From Stylophora pistillata (taxonomy: Eukaryota): 64,000 nt of DNA. The notes beneath the pieces were generated by a model. It worked only from the letters and a program-made list of their open reading frames with translations, had not been told where the DNA came from and did not search any database. Numbering within the stretch: position 1 is the first letter of the stretch; every line of letters starts with the position of its first letter. The position numbers and the translations under genes were made by a program. Positions 27,301 to 38,400 of this stretch are shown here, one piece after another. The stretch is from assembly GCF_002571385.2 (NCBI RefSeq), contig NW_019217786.1, positions 1,051,676 through 1,115,675 on the forward strand, given 5' to 3'.

Positions 27301-29015
27301 TCTGGTCGGGCCGAGTCTCCCATGATCATCGTCTCACTCACCCAATGCATCAGTACTGTCTGTCGGTAAGTAGGTGTTCGTAGTTTGATTGACATTTTAC
27401 TATATTAAGAGCTAAAAGTTAAGTGTTGCAACTGATCTTAGGTAAAAGCAATTACCCTAGATCTAATTATACTATTGTTATTGTTTTTTTTTTATCAAGA
27501 CCACCTCTGGTGAGGATGTACTAGATTTCTTGGCCATGGTTAGAAACAAATTCAAGAAAAGGCGATACAAGAACAAACCGCCACGAAAACTTGGTTATTT
27601 ACCGATTCAGACGGTAATGGAAGGAGGAAATCTCGAGACGTAAGTTTACAAAATTTTGTTTTGATAAACCCCGCAGTAAATAGAAAAATTAGATATTTTT
27701 GTTGGCCAGTCAAAATTATCCCTTGTATTCCAAGAGGAATGGAGAAGAGACTTTATGTTCGTCTTCTGTATTTTCCTCATTGTTGCATACCTTTAGTTTG
27801 TTTCTTCTTCTCCCTCTCTTTTAATAATCACTTTCCTTTCTTTTATTTCTCTTTTGCAGACCACCCATGCCGACTCCTCAACAAAATGTTAATCATGAAG
27901 TACACAACAGACTAGGCATGTTTGCACACAGGTGCGTGAATTATCCACATCCACTTTCTTCACGAAGTGAAGTCACAAAGGGATTGTATACAGGGAGACC
28001 ATCCCCCACTTCCTTTCCTCGTTCCGCATTCGGAAAGCAGGAGCTTTATCAGACTTTTTTAAGCAGACCAAAACAAGGATACTAGGCAGTATAAATCCTT
28101 TACCCCCTGACGTCAGTATGCATATTCTCCATACTGTTCAGTCTGCATATTCTCCATACTGTTCTCTATACATTTTCTAAGGTGCTGACTGGGAGAATTT
28201 ATTCAACGTTTATGAGATTCCTTAGTTGGTGTTCGTTTCTTCAATTCTCGTGACCTTAATGTGTTACTCAGGGGGGGTGATATAGTAAGGGGAAATGAGA
28301 TTTTAGTCACTTGTAGGGGTTAAAGAGTTGTACCTTAACTTTCTCCTTTACTTGCAGGTTGGCCGAAGCAGAATCAGAAGGAGGAAAATATAATCCACAC
28401 GATTTGTAAGTCTTGTAATGTAGAAGCACGACTTTTGCACGAGTTCTGTCTTTTTGCGTTAATACTCCCAAGAGATTTGGTTTTAATAAATCTGCTGATC
28501 TGCTTGGATTTGCCGTCCGGTGGTAGGAAATTCATGAGGAGTAAACTTGTATTGTTATTTTTCAGGGACGAAGAGCATCAGCTTATAGCACAGTACTGCC
28601 AAAGGTACAAGCTAATCCCGTTTTACCACAATCTGCCTTTTACACCACACCTTAAAGAAAACGGCATTACGCTGGAACGCTCCGATCATAAGCTGTTTGA
28701 ACTACACTGAATTTTGAAATCTTAACAGAAGAGTTTTCTCTTGGCAGCAAATTAAGATAAGATGGCTCCTTCGTTTCAGTTATTTTTTAAAAGTATTATT
28801 TAACAATTATTCCACGAGCGTTTGTTGGACATGAGATGACAGATAGCCAACGAGACGCGTAGCGCCAAGTTGGCTATAATCATCTCATATCCAACAAGCG
28901 CTCGTGGAATAATTGTTTTATTAAAAACATTAAATTCAATATTAAATATTACTAAATTTTTAGCTCCCTTTTAATTTTAAGATGACGCGAACGCTTACCA
29001 TATTTGTAGATTATA

Positions 29016-29046
<31 letters not shown>

Positions 29047-31461
29047 GAAAGTCTTGAATTTCATTATCCAATGATCCAGTTTTTAATGAAAATTATTACA
29101 CCAAGTTATTCCCATTGTAGCCCGTTTAAGTTGTTTTTTCTTCATTATATTAACGGTATTTTTTTTTCATCATTAACAGCCTCAAGAGTGACACAGCAGA
29201 GGCGGTAAGAAGTACATTGATATTTGACCTAATTTTAATTTTTTTAAGCTCTTGAAATTTGTTGCGATAACTTTTATTTATGTATTATAACAATTGCTCT
29301 TGTTTTTGTAGCCTAAAAGCCCAACTCAGATTGTAATGGCTTTGGATGCGGTTGAAAAAGAAGATCTTGAAACTGAGCTTCTTAAACTGGAAGAAGAAAA
29401 CAGGTTTGTGAACAATTTGTGATAATTTTTGAAAACGAGCTCGTTCTTTTTTTTTCCAAAATTCTTTATCGCCAAAAATGATTAACGAGTTTATTGCTTT
29501 CAATTTTTTTTTGTTTCCTTTGTTTTTCAAGGGACCTCCAAGAAGAATATGAACGGCTCAAGTCCATCAGAGATCAGTCTAGCCTCCCATCTGATAGCGA
29601 GCCCTCTCCGGGTGGACCTCAGAACAGAGATTCTGAGTTGCTTGCAGAAGCTAAACTTCTGCGTCAGCACAAAGGTCGCCTGGAGGCGAGAATGCAAGTG
29701 TTGGAGGACCACAACAGACAGCTAGAGGCGCAGTTGCAGCGACTTAGACAACTTCTTGATCAGGTGCAGGAAAATGATTGTTACTGGACCCAAACCAGCA
29801 ATTTCCCAACATTTCTCCTCAATATCTCATACTTATGTTAATTAATTTCTCTTTTAGCCCGGCCAAGACAAACAGAGCGGGGCCCAGTCCTCCGAACGAA
29901 CCACTCCGTCTTCCTCCGTCAGCTCGCTAGGAGACGGTCCGTATTCCCCGGTCAAGTCAGGTCGATCGGGAAAATCCCGCGGGAATGATAGCGATTCCGA
30001 ATCGGAACCCGGTGGGACGAACTCAGGACCTCTGAAAAATGGTTTTGCTAGTAAGGGAAGTGAGGATCCAGCTCTAAAGGAAGTCATGAGTCAAATAAGT
30101 TCTTCTTTTCCTCGTGATCAGAAAAGTGAGTGAGGATCCAGGCACGGTAAAGCACCATTTGGTTTGTTGTTTGTTGTTTATTTCAGTGACTAATGCTGTT
30201 AACTCTTGTGTAGTGTCTGCTGAAGCCTAACCAGTGGAATCTAACCCTGCATGACTGTTGACTCTTCTGGTAAGAGATCTTAAGCTACCGAATTTAACAA
30301 CGAAACTCGGCGCAATAAACACAAAATCAAAATAAATCAAAATGCCCCTGAAACAGCCCGCAGCGAAAAAGGGCATTGTGGTCCTCGCTTAGATGTTCAT
30401 GCAGTAACATGACTTCTCTGGTTAAATGCGAGCTTAGATTTCTTCGATTTACTACTCTTTTTTTAGACACAAGGCTAAAAAGTTTGTGTTTTTGCCCGAA
30501 AAGGTCGTGGTTTGGGACGCAACGAAAAATTCCTCAAAGTCACAAGGAGGAACGTTGCGTGACGAGCCGTTTCGGCAGGCCTGTCACCAAATTATTTCAC
30601 TTCTGTATTCACCCGCACTAGCTATGAAACGTCATGCACACTTGCACTGAAGCTGACTTGATACTAATATTTATCGTTCTAACTCGTAACACTGAAAGAT
30701 AAATTTGGAAGTAATAGTATCACAGAGTGCTATTTGTACAATTGCATCAATTATTTTCAGTTATGATGTACTATTTGTTCCACAATTTGTAAAAGAGGAA
30801 GTCTGCTAATCTACTACCAGGTTTAGAACGCAGACCTATTCGTTGAAGAAGGGAACTACTTTACAGAAATACATCAATTTATGTGCTTGGACAAGTAAAT
30901 TAAATTGATCATGCACTTGGCACGTCACGTCTATCAGAGCAATTTTCACTGCTGCCGGTGTCGAACGTTATCCCAGATTGATTTGGTTCTGTTTTATTTC
31001 GCTCCTTTTTGGACCAAAAAACGCATCTCACTTTCTCGACCAATTAGTTTCAAAACTAAAACCAAGCGCGACTTGGTTGCTCCTGTTTTGCCGCGCTTTA
31101 AGCAGTTTGTTTGTTTTTACTTCGAGTTCTCATTAGTTTCTGGTGAACTTTTGTTGCTATGATTTGTTTGATGGGATTGCTTTGGGTTTTTTTTTTTTTT
31201 TTTACGACATTCAATCGGAAAGTGCTGTTGAAATGAGGCAACGTTTCATTGAACGACGAAGTTTAGAAACCTAGTCTTTTTCGTTTCGTTGAAATGCTTT
31301 AAGTCCAGCCATTTGTAGCCTTAATGAGAAGTGATCATTCATCCATTTTTTTTTTTTTTTTAGGTGCAGATCCCGTTGGACATTTGTTTGCTACTGCAAA
31401 AGATGTTAATAAAGCTGTGGAATCTTTAGTTCAAGTTATGACGGATGATGAAGCTGAGTAG
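438..31461 (+). CDS. DMD: Dystrophin/utrophin orthologue, 3' portion (5' end outside window), 45 exons
   Basis: Exons join in frame through GT-AG introns: 438-587, 1903-2220, 3923-4162, 4583-4721, 5229-5362, 5604-5876, 6400-6571, 6755-7129, 8412-8626, 9325-9477, 9808-9969, 10336-10511, 10818-10968, 11245-11556, 11990-12263, 12494-12636, 12917-13033, 13216-13431, 13795-13949, 15602-15788, 16426-16562, 16679-16871, 17241-17474, 22563-22697, 23213-23438, 23704-23764, 23992-24053, 24235-24309, 24691-24901, 25294-25379, 25468-25547, 25758-25835, 26711-26822, 26992-27046, 27155-27194, 27294-27365, 27500-27639, 27860-27931, 28358-28405, 28566-28604, 29180-29204, 29312-29403, 29532-29763, 29858-30125, 31364-31461 (TAG). 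Diagnostic motifs: spectrin repeats; WW ([30 protein letters not shown]); [13 protein letters not shown]; [24 protein letters not shown]; ZZ finger; [38 protein letters not shown]. Confidence 0.97.
1010..1208. mobile_element. Small MITE-like element
   Basis: Imperfect terminal inverted repeats (TAGCTTGCGATCAGACGTTCCT ... AGGAACGCCTGGTAGCAGGTTA) with TA ends. Confidence 0.55.
3584..3801. mobile_element. ~200-bp TTAACCCT-ended dispersed repeat (piggyBac-like MITE); relatives at ~19860-20310, ~28094-28330 and 54499-54693
   Basis: TTAACCCT start, degenerate AGGGTT..TTAA end, and similar interiors among the copies. Confidence 0.55.
6143..6318. mobile_element. Palindromic MITE
   Basis: Long inverted arms: AATAGCCCATTTCCGAATTACCCTTGGCCTCATTTTCAAAACGAG ... 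CTCGTTTTGAAAATGAGGCCAAGGGTAACTCGGAACTGGGCTATT. Confidence 0.85.
6755..7129 (+). CDS. Dystrophin exon encoding a complete PLAT/LH2 domain (LOXHD1/polycystin-type)
   Basis: Translates as [30 protein letters not shown]...[12 protein letters not shown]...[22 protein letters not shown]...[10 protein letters not shown]. 375 nt, pyrimidine-rich CAG acceptor, AG|GTAAAA donor, phase 1-1. Confidence 0.9.
7393..7468. repeat. Perfect 38-bp tandem duplication
   Basis: AACATTTTACAACTTGAACAGTGCAATGGTTGAATTCA occurs twice in tandem. Confidence 0.95.
8832..9122. mobile_element. Hairpin-containing dispersed repeat, copy 1
   Basis: Contains the stem-loop GGATATGAGATGAT..TAGCCAACGAGGCGC..GCGCCTCGTTGGCTATAATCATCTCATATCC and is highly similar to 28795-29090. 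Confidence 0.85.
17700..17850. mobile_element. Degenerate MITE with GGATAGCG/CGCTATCC subrepeats
   Basis: Inverted ends CCGGTTGTTCAA ... TTGAACGACGG and internal GATAGCG repeats. Confidence 0.5.
19927..20172 (+). mobile_element. tRNA-like-containing retro-element monomer with 12-bp TSD
   Basis: TSD ATTTCCTTGTAA at 19915-19926 and 20173-20184. Internal cloverleaf with A/B boxes; nearly identical to the units at 46132-46757. Confidence 0.88.
20482..20989 (-). mobile_element. 5'-truncated Penelope-like element: GIY-YIG endonuclease C-terminus plus 3' repeat
   Basis: Frame 20988-20668 reads [40 protein letters not shown]...PVARHFN...[15 protein letters not shown]. 10-bp TSD TATTTGTCTT at 20472-20481 and 20990-20999. 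Confidence 0.92.
20540..20573 (-). ncRNA. Minimal hammerhead ribozyme motif (CCGACGA core variant)
   Basis: Minus strand reads GCT-CCGACGA-AGGGC-TAAC-GCTC-GAAA-CG-TC-AGC, the minimal type I fold known from Penelope-like repeats. Confidence 0.7.
26590..26638. repeat. Imperfect (ATT)n microsatellite
   Basis: Interrupted ATT run. Confidence 0.9.
28795..29090. mobile_element. Hairpin-containing dispersed repeat, copy 2
   Basis: Same family and orientation as 8832-9122, with longer inverted arms (AACAATTATTCCACGAGCG...CGCTCGTGGAATAATTGTT). Confidence 0.85.
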
Positions 31462-32737
31462 CAATGGTAGATATTTGGGCAAATAACTGACATTATTCAG
31501 TACTGACATTATTCAGTACAGACATTAAGGGACATTTTATAAACATTTTGTCTAAGAGATTGTATGCGCGTATTTTTACTGGTTTTCCCAAAGATGTGCT
31601 GTTATGGGATTATAAATACCTGCTCACTCACCATGAATTCAATCTCGAATGTGGTAACCTAGAAAAGCCGAATGTCTCCGAAGTTGATCGTTCGGGTCTA
31701 GTCGATCTTCGGCGACGGAGTTATGTCTCGGAGAGAAGCAGTACCTCGGGATAGAATGCGTTTGAGACAGGGATGTTGTTGAAGTAGTTCTTTTATAAGC
31801 GGTGAAGCGTTGCTCGTTATTCAAGTGTAGTTTTAAAGACCTATTTCAAAAGTCTTACCGAAACTACCGTGCTTTTACAAATGCATTTTTATCGGAAATT
31901 TGATGATTCATTCTTAATGAATTAAATAATCCTCCCTCGAAATTTCTTCAATGTTGAAATTTGTTGTGGAAAAGTTATGAACAGCTCCACGATTAACTAT
32001 TAATAGATAATAATAAAGCGGTAATTTAGATATTTTAATTGCTTGTTAATTTTAAAGAAACAGTTCCAAGTGAAATTCACAAAGGTAGTTCAATTTGACG
32101 TGTAGTTCGGAACGAAATTTAAGAAATCGAACCAAAAAGTCGTAAGTTGCTGGGGACTGGCGCGAGGTATGATAGCCTCCCCTGACATGATGTAACAACT
32201 TGGGTATCTGAAGTATCTAAGTTTCGTCTTGTTAAATTTTTCAACGTGGTTCTCTTTTATTCCATATTCTTCTTTACCTCACTCATTTTGGGGTAACTCT
32301 TGGCGTTTGGTGTCAGGAATCATTGTTTGGAAATTTTCACTATTTTCTGAGTAGTTGTTGTCTTCGTTAGTAAAATGTTACAAAATATTTCAGTCTAGGC
32401 CCTTTTAGCACTGTCTTAAACTTCAGTCGGCATAATTTCAAGGCCTCTACAAAATCTTAGCGTATATATCTGTAGAAAGTCTAAGTTATACCTTTGTGGC
32501 CTGTCACAATACCTTGTCTTCGCGAGTAAAGCGAAGACAGTGTAATCTATTGAATCAAACTTCGTTTGTTTCAACGAGAAGGTGAAAGCTCTGCAGTAGC
32601 TGTTAATACCATTACAATCAAGGTGATTTCAAATGATTCCAAAAAGTCTAGTTGGTCTTACTGGCGTAATGGAAAAATATTTTCGTATTGAATGTTATTT
32701 TCGTATTAGTTGAATGGTATGTAAATTTTTATAGCTT

Positions 32738-32751
32738 AATAAAGTAATAAA
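32738..32751 (+). terminator. Candidate dystrophin polyadenylation signals
   Basis: Two adjacent AATAAA hexamers followed by a GT/T-rich tract, about 1.3 kb after the stop. Confidence 0.6.
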
Positions 32752-33269
32752 CTTGTTGCCAGTTCAGTTTTTTATTGTCTTCAGTCGAAGTAAATGGTGG
32801 TGTATTATTAATCTCCTTGATCAGATCCCTTGATAAGATCACTCGTCATCCTTTCTTTAAATAATGAGACGCCATCGTAAATGTAATGAACCTTTCCACT
32901 TCCAAGAGTGATCACGTAGTAAATTCTCCGTTAAAGTCGATACATTTTCAAGCAGAAAGGTGTTGAGAAGAAGGAAAACAGTTACAGTAAATGTTTTTTT
33001 TAAAACCAAATTCTCATCGCTAAAATTAAGGTAGTATAGTGAAACCATTAAGGAGAAATGATACCGAGATCTTAGAGGCGAAAGGGTGGATAAGCAGTTA
33101 AAGTTTCCTTATGGGTATTTGTAAAAGAAAAATATATTTTCTGTGACACCTTTCCTTTAAAAAACGGGTTATGCCAGTTTCTGAACAAGCAAGCTTGTGA
33201 GGTGAGGGGCAATTGATTGATGGTGAACATTACTTGACGCGGCAATAATAGAGGCTGCATCTGGCTGCT

Positions 33270-33345
33270 TAGTCTCCTTCGCGGCCGTTGTTTGGGCTCG
33301 TCACGCAACGCTCCCTCCACCAAACAACGGCTGCGTAGGAGACTA
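33270..33345. mobile_element. 76-bp mini-MITE
   Basis: TAGTCTCCTTCGCGGCCGTTGTTTGG ... CCAAACAACGGCTGCGTAGGAGACTA inverted ends with TA termini. Confidence 0.75.
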
Positions 33346-33744
33346 GTGGCTGCTGGTATAGAGCACAATTTTTAATAGCATTGAAAAGAGCTATGAGTTG
33401 TATAATTAGACAGGTGCCGTTGCAGAACATTTGTCTCACAAGAAAAACAGAAAACCTGCCAAGTCCCACATATTTACGAGAGAAAGATAATTTAAGAATA
33501 TACTGACTTATTGACATTTTCACAATAATTAAATGGACAATTGAATGATTAAATCTTTTCCTTGAATAACTCAAGTATCGTATTTCGCAGCTTTGCTCGC
33601 TTCGCAAATTCAGCGGCTTTTTTCGACATAAGTCTCTTCCGAGAAAAAAATTCCCTCCATCAGTTGAGTTATTTCTGCAAGGAAAAGTTTAGATTTAAAT
33701 GATGCGTCAATGAATGCCACTAGGAAGTTACTTTGAGATGTTAA

Positions 33745-33878
33745 TCGTCTTTTGTAGTGTCACAGTAAGAGCTGAAAAAGTTACATCTTCGAATCTTCAT
33801 AATTTGCTGATTTAAACGGTTAAATGCGCTCTGTTCGAAAAAAAAAAATTCGTCGAGTTTCACGATGCACCGATCATA
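33745..33878. repeat. Dispersed repeat shared with ~57225-57360
   Basis: Both carry ATCGTCTTTTGTAGTGTC...TTGCTGATTTAAACGGT...CACGAT in the same order. Confidence 0.7.
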
Positions 33879-35427
33879 CAATAATATAGACATTCACTCA
33901 CATCGACCACAGCTGTGGCTTTGCCTCCTACAGGAGGCAGTCGCAACAAAAAGGTCTACATTTCCCACGAGAAGCGTTTCTTTGGCTGAAATATCGATCA
34001 AGTGGGCTTCTCCAATTAAATGACCTGACAAAGACCTTGAACTACAACAGAAAAAACGGATTTAACTCTTCTTAGATGCAAATATGCTCGAATGTTTGCC
34101 CACAGACAGTCGCTGTTGTCCTCGAGTCGCTTGTTCCTCGGAAAACGACGAATTTTTGATGAATTCTTTTGGTTTTCTTTCCTCTAAGTTTTGCGAATAT
34201 CTTATGTTTTAGGTGAAATCTGCCGTAATCATAGGTATATGCTGAAACATGTCCAGTGTAATTAAAGAGCAATCTTCTTCAATTTGGAGATGGATCGAAG
34301 GTTCCGGACGAACGGAAGAAGATTAAAAAAAATTTAATCTGGTTATCAGACAAACATTAGATTGCATAAAAATAACACAGTCCGAGGACAACTTTTTTAG
34401 CGCTTTGAAGTTGTTTCTCTTATGTCATCAACTGGTTTAAGTGGAAAACCACATGAACTGCTAAGCAAAACATCTGACTCACAGATTCGAATGTATAAAA
34501 AAGGTATTCCTGTGGTTCTTATATAAAGAAAAAAGAAAAAGAAAAAATGAAATAAAAAGATGATAGCACCACTCGCTGTTTTTTTTCCTTTCCTTTGCTT
34601 TCTGGGATTTTTTCTGCACATGCTCTCTGGAAGAGATCAAATGGCAACCCTCAATCGCGGATAGAGCGTCTGCGGAAAAACTATGTTATAGAGTACAGGA
34701 GTTAAAATAGTCATTCTATTGAGCTAACTATCCAAGTAACTTCACAAAGAGAGATTAACGACCCATTTAGACACAAAGCTGATTGCGTTTCAAAGCTATT
34801 TTGTTAAACACGGTTAAAAAAAAAATCTTCAAAAGAGGTTGCTGAGACTGATGTTTTTCAACTTCACATTAAGCACAAAGAGAGTAAAGGTCCGTGATTA
34901 CTTGAACTCTATGTTGTGTTGGTGTGGTTGCGGCATAGGAAACGACAGAGAACAGTTTCGAAAATAGATTAGACCGCATTTTCAGATAATTGAATAGGAA
35001 AATTCTACTAGAAAGATGAAAAGGGTAAGAGGAGTTGGGGAGGGAGGGGAGATACAATGTTACCCCCCCTGCTATTTTGTCTGGGTAATGATATTTTGAT
35101 GGTATATTTACAGTATTCCCATTCATTATGATTCTAATGTAGTAAAAGCCGGCATATTTCAGATTGTGTTATAACAGTGTCAATGGTACAGACACTTAAG
35201 TAAATAAACATGCCAGTTGTTTTATTTACCGGTGACCCATGGTAAAAGTAACCTATTTTGCTTCCTAGCTGTAGCGGAGGTAAATACACGTTGATAATAA
35301 TTAGAACGAATTCTTTAGAAGTCCAGAAGGCCGACCAAGACTGATTACCAACGACATAGCTGATTGTGTTAAGTGGGTCAAGTTAGTTACTTCTTGAGGG
35401 GGACGTTTATCACGCTTTTTATACAAG

Positions 35428-38400
35428 ATGACGATTTCGACGCGGACATTTGTAAGGTTTCTAGCCCTGACTGCCGCAACCTTTGCTGTCAAAGGTAAAT
35501 GAATTTGAAAGAAGGAAATCTCTTTGTAATCTTACTTTAGTTTTAATTTTTGGTTGATGTCGATAATACTTCGATTAAGTATTTGCCCGGGTTCTGTTCC
35601 GGCCTCTCGTGTTTTGTTGCATTCTGGCTAGTTTTTGCAGCTGTGTTGTCGAAATTTCAGACGTTTAGATATAAGTTTGTGAGAAAGATCTGTTTATGAA
35701 CATACTCATGTCAGAATAACAAGACATTCATCAAACTTGAAATATTTTCTGCTTTTGCTCATCATTCGAAAGGTGGCCAATAGGCTTGCGTGGTTACGAT
35801 TCCTGTTTTTGGTATCCATTGCAACAGAAATCAGAAAACCGACGCATTTGTATCAGAACGCATCGGCTATGCAAGACGCATTTGCGACACCATTCGGTAA
35901 CTGATTTCCGAATGAAAAGAGAACGTAGATTTTTTTCCGATCATTTGAATATACTTCCCTCTTCCAGCTTCCCATTCAGTCGCCAGATGTGATTTATATT
36001 TCATTTTCCACCGAAGGTCATGAAACGCCATTTATCCGAAGGAGATTTTAGCCTATCCGTCACTGTTGGGTTATATTTCATTTGAAATTTGCATTTCTTG
36101 TTGAGTCAATTGCAATCAATATAATGTCAAACGAGGAACCAAACTTTGACAAGCTATCTCATTTCTGAAAAATAATGTAGTTGCCCATTCAGTACGGTTT
36201 AGAATATTACTTCCATTTTGTCCACATTTTCTTTTTTATTTCATATCCGGATAATTGTGAAGTGAAATTACTAAGAGATACTTGACAAATTCAATGACTA
36301 AGTTAAGTTTCATCAGTAATCAAGAGATTTAAGAAATTTTGAATAATCTTCTCGTTTTCTGAGATGATTTGTCGGTAGTTATGTATTTTTGAAGAAAACT
36401 TGATTGATCATAAATTAGGAATGGTAAACACACATTCATAGAATGTTTCCCTTCTGGGACTGCATTGCGAGGATTTCAAATCCAACTCGACTGAGGAAAA
36501 ACAAATCGTGATTTGAAAAGCTGTAAACTAACTACAGACGTTTCTAATTCCCACATTTATTAGTAAACATGCAATCCACGATTTAGCTTGCTGGTACAGG
36601 CCTATAGGTGTGTATTGAATCACTAATGTCTTAGAAATGAAGCTTATCGTTCTAAAAATCTTTTAACAACATTGAATTCAAAGCCAGCCTCTAAAAGGGC
36701 CTTGTCTATGTAAAGCTTTACATGAATCGTTGTCAGCTGACCCTGTGATTTGTTCAAGAAATACATGCTGACTGCTAAAGTCGACGAGGAATGAAAGAAA
36801 ACTTTGTTCGTGCGATAGATAAAACAATAAAATTCTTGCTTGCGAGCTAATTGTCTGTAAATATGATGAAATCTATTGTGATATATTTGTAGTAGGAAGC
36901 CTTTTTGTGTCTTTGTATTTACCTACAACATAGATAAGCCAATAGATGTTTTGCTTTACTTGTATTACACGGCTGTAGATGTCTCACGCACCACAAACAT
37001 TTTCTTAGACAGGCTGATCATTTTTCGAATTCTTCCTTCGAAATCTGACCGACGAGAGTAAAGGTGATCGTGAGAAGGTTCATGGATGTTAGTATGTACC
37101 CTATGCCAATTGCAAATCCAGTCCTAGGTCTGCCTGGTCAAACCATTTCTGTTTCGAAACAAAGCGGGTGCAGGCGACATACAGCATTTCCGAATAGAAA
37201 TGACAGGACAAAATGTAGAGGCGGATCTAAAGAATACTGGGCAACGCGGAGTCGTTATATAAGTGTAATAAGTTCAGTCTTTCTCGTCTGGAAGGTCTGT
37301 TGTTGAAGGCCAAAAAACTCTTAGATTAGTTCTTATCAAATCATTTTCATAAAGTAAAGAAGTGCTTTACTTTTATTTCTCACAAACGTTGAACAAAGGA
37401 ACGAAACTTTTCACGAAGTAGGTTTGAGCTCCACACCGTTCGTTTGCATCTCCATCTGATCTGCCACTGAGTTCTGCCACTTACAATGGCTGTTAACTAA
37501 GCTGCGCTTCACAAGAGTGACTCATACTAAAAGTCATGTCTTTACAGCAATTTTCGCATTTCTTCCAGGAATAAATGGGAGCTGGAACATTTCTTTGATG
37601 GAAAACGGGGAGGCAAAGCTGAGACAGAAATTATTCAAGACTGGTTACAATCCTGAACTACGTCCCGTTCTGAACAAAAGCAATAAAGTCACTGTCAAGC
37701 TCGGTGTCTCTTTACATCAAATCATTGATGTGGTAAATGATCTTTTTTGTCTATGTTCTTATGTTCTTATGAGGACACCACGTGGTTTTTGCAATTATGC
37801 CAGGTTTTATTTTCCATTGATTGAACAGCTTTTCACCACCTCTGAAAGGTAGTGATTTTGCAGAAGCCTCATCGAGAGAAGTAACAAATAAACTCGAAGA
37901 GGAAAACCTGAAAAATGATTTGGTTTTATCAACTGAGTTAATGATATGAATTTTCTGCCGTAAATAGTTTCTAAAGCTGGTATTTCGTTTCATTAGCCCT
38001 TAGTCAAAGCAAATGACAAGGGGCTATTGTTTGAAACGTCAGCTTTAAAAGGTCTTAATGGTGGTCAGTTTACATTATCAACTCATTTGATAAAACCAAA
38101 TTATCTTGTAGTACGGTAATTTGGTTATATCATGATGAACTAAGCTGAAATTGTATTAGGCCCCCGTAAAGAGTTAAAAAGCAAACGTATCGAGTGTTAG
38201 CCCTTCGTCAGAGCGTCTTCGTCCGCTCTGACGAAGAGCTAACACTCGAAACGTCAGCTTTTTAACTTTTTACGGGGGCCAATTGCAATTGACAATCTTA
38301 ACTTAGTTGATATAATCAAATTACCTTGTCACTCCCACCGACATAACACCACAGTTTCTAAAGAAACTTACCCCCCCCCCTTATCTTGTAGTACCCCCAC

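Noticed and set aside
31486-31526. 16-bp self-complementary tandem repeat in the dystrophin 3' UTR
   Set aside because: Most simply a slippage duplication, like 3321-3353 and 7393-7468; no evidence of function.
37548-37568. Upstream in-frame acceptor for nAChR A exon 2
   Set aside because: The acceptor at 37568 has the better pyrimidine tract; the alternative cannot be resolved without RNA data.
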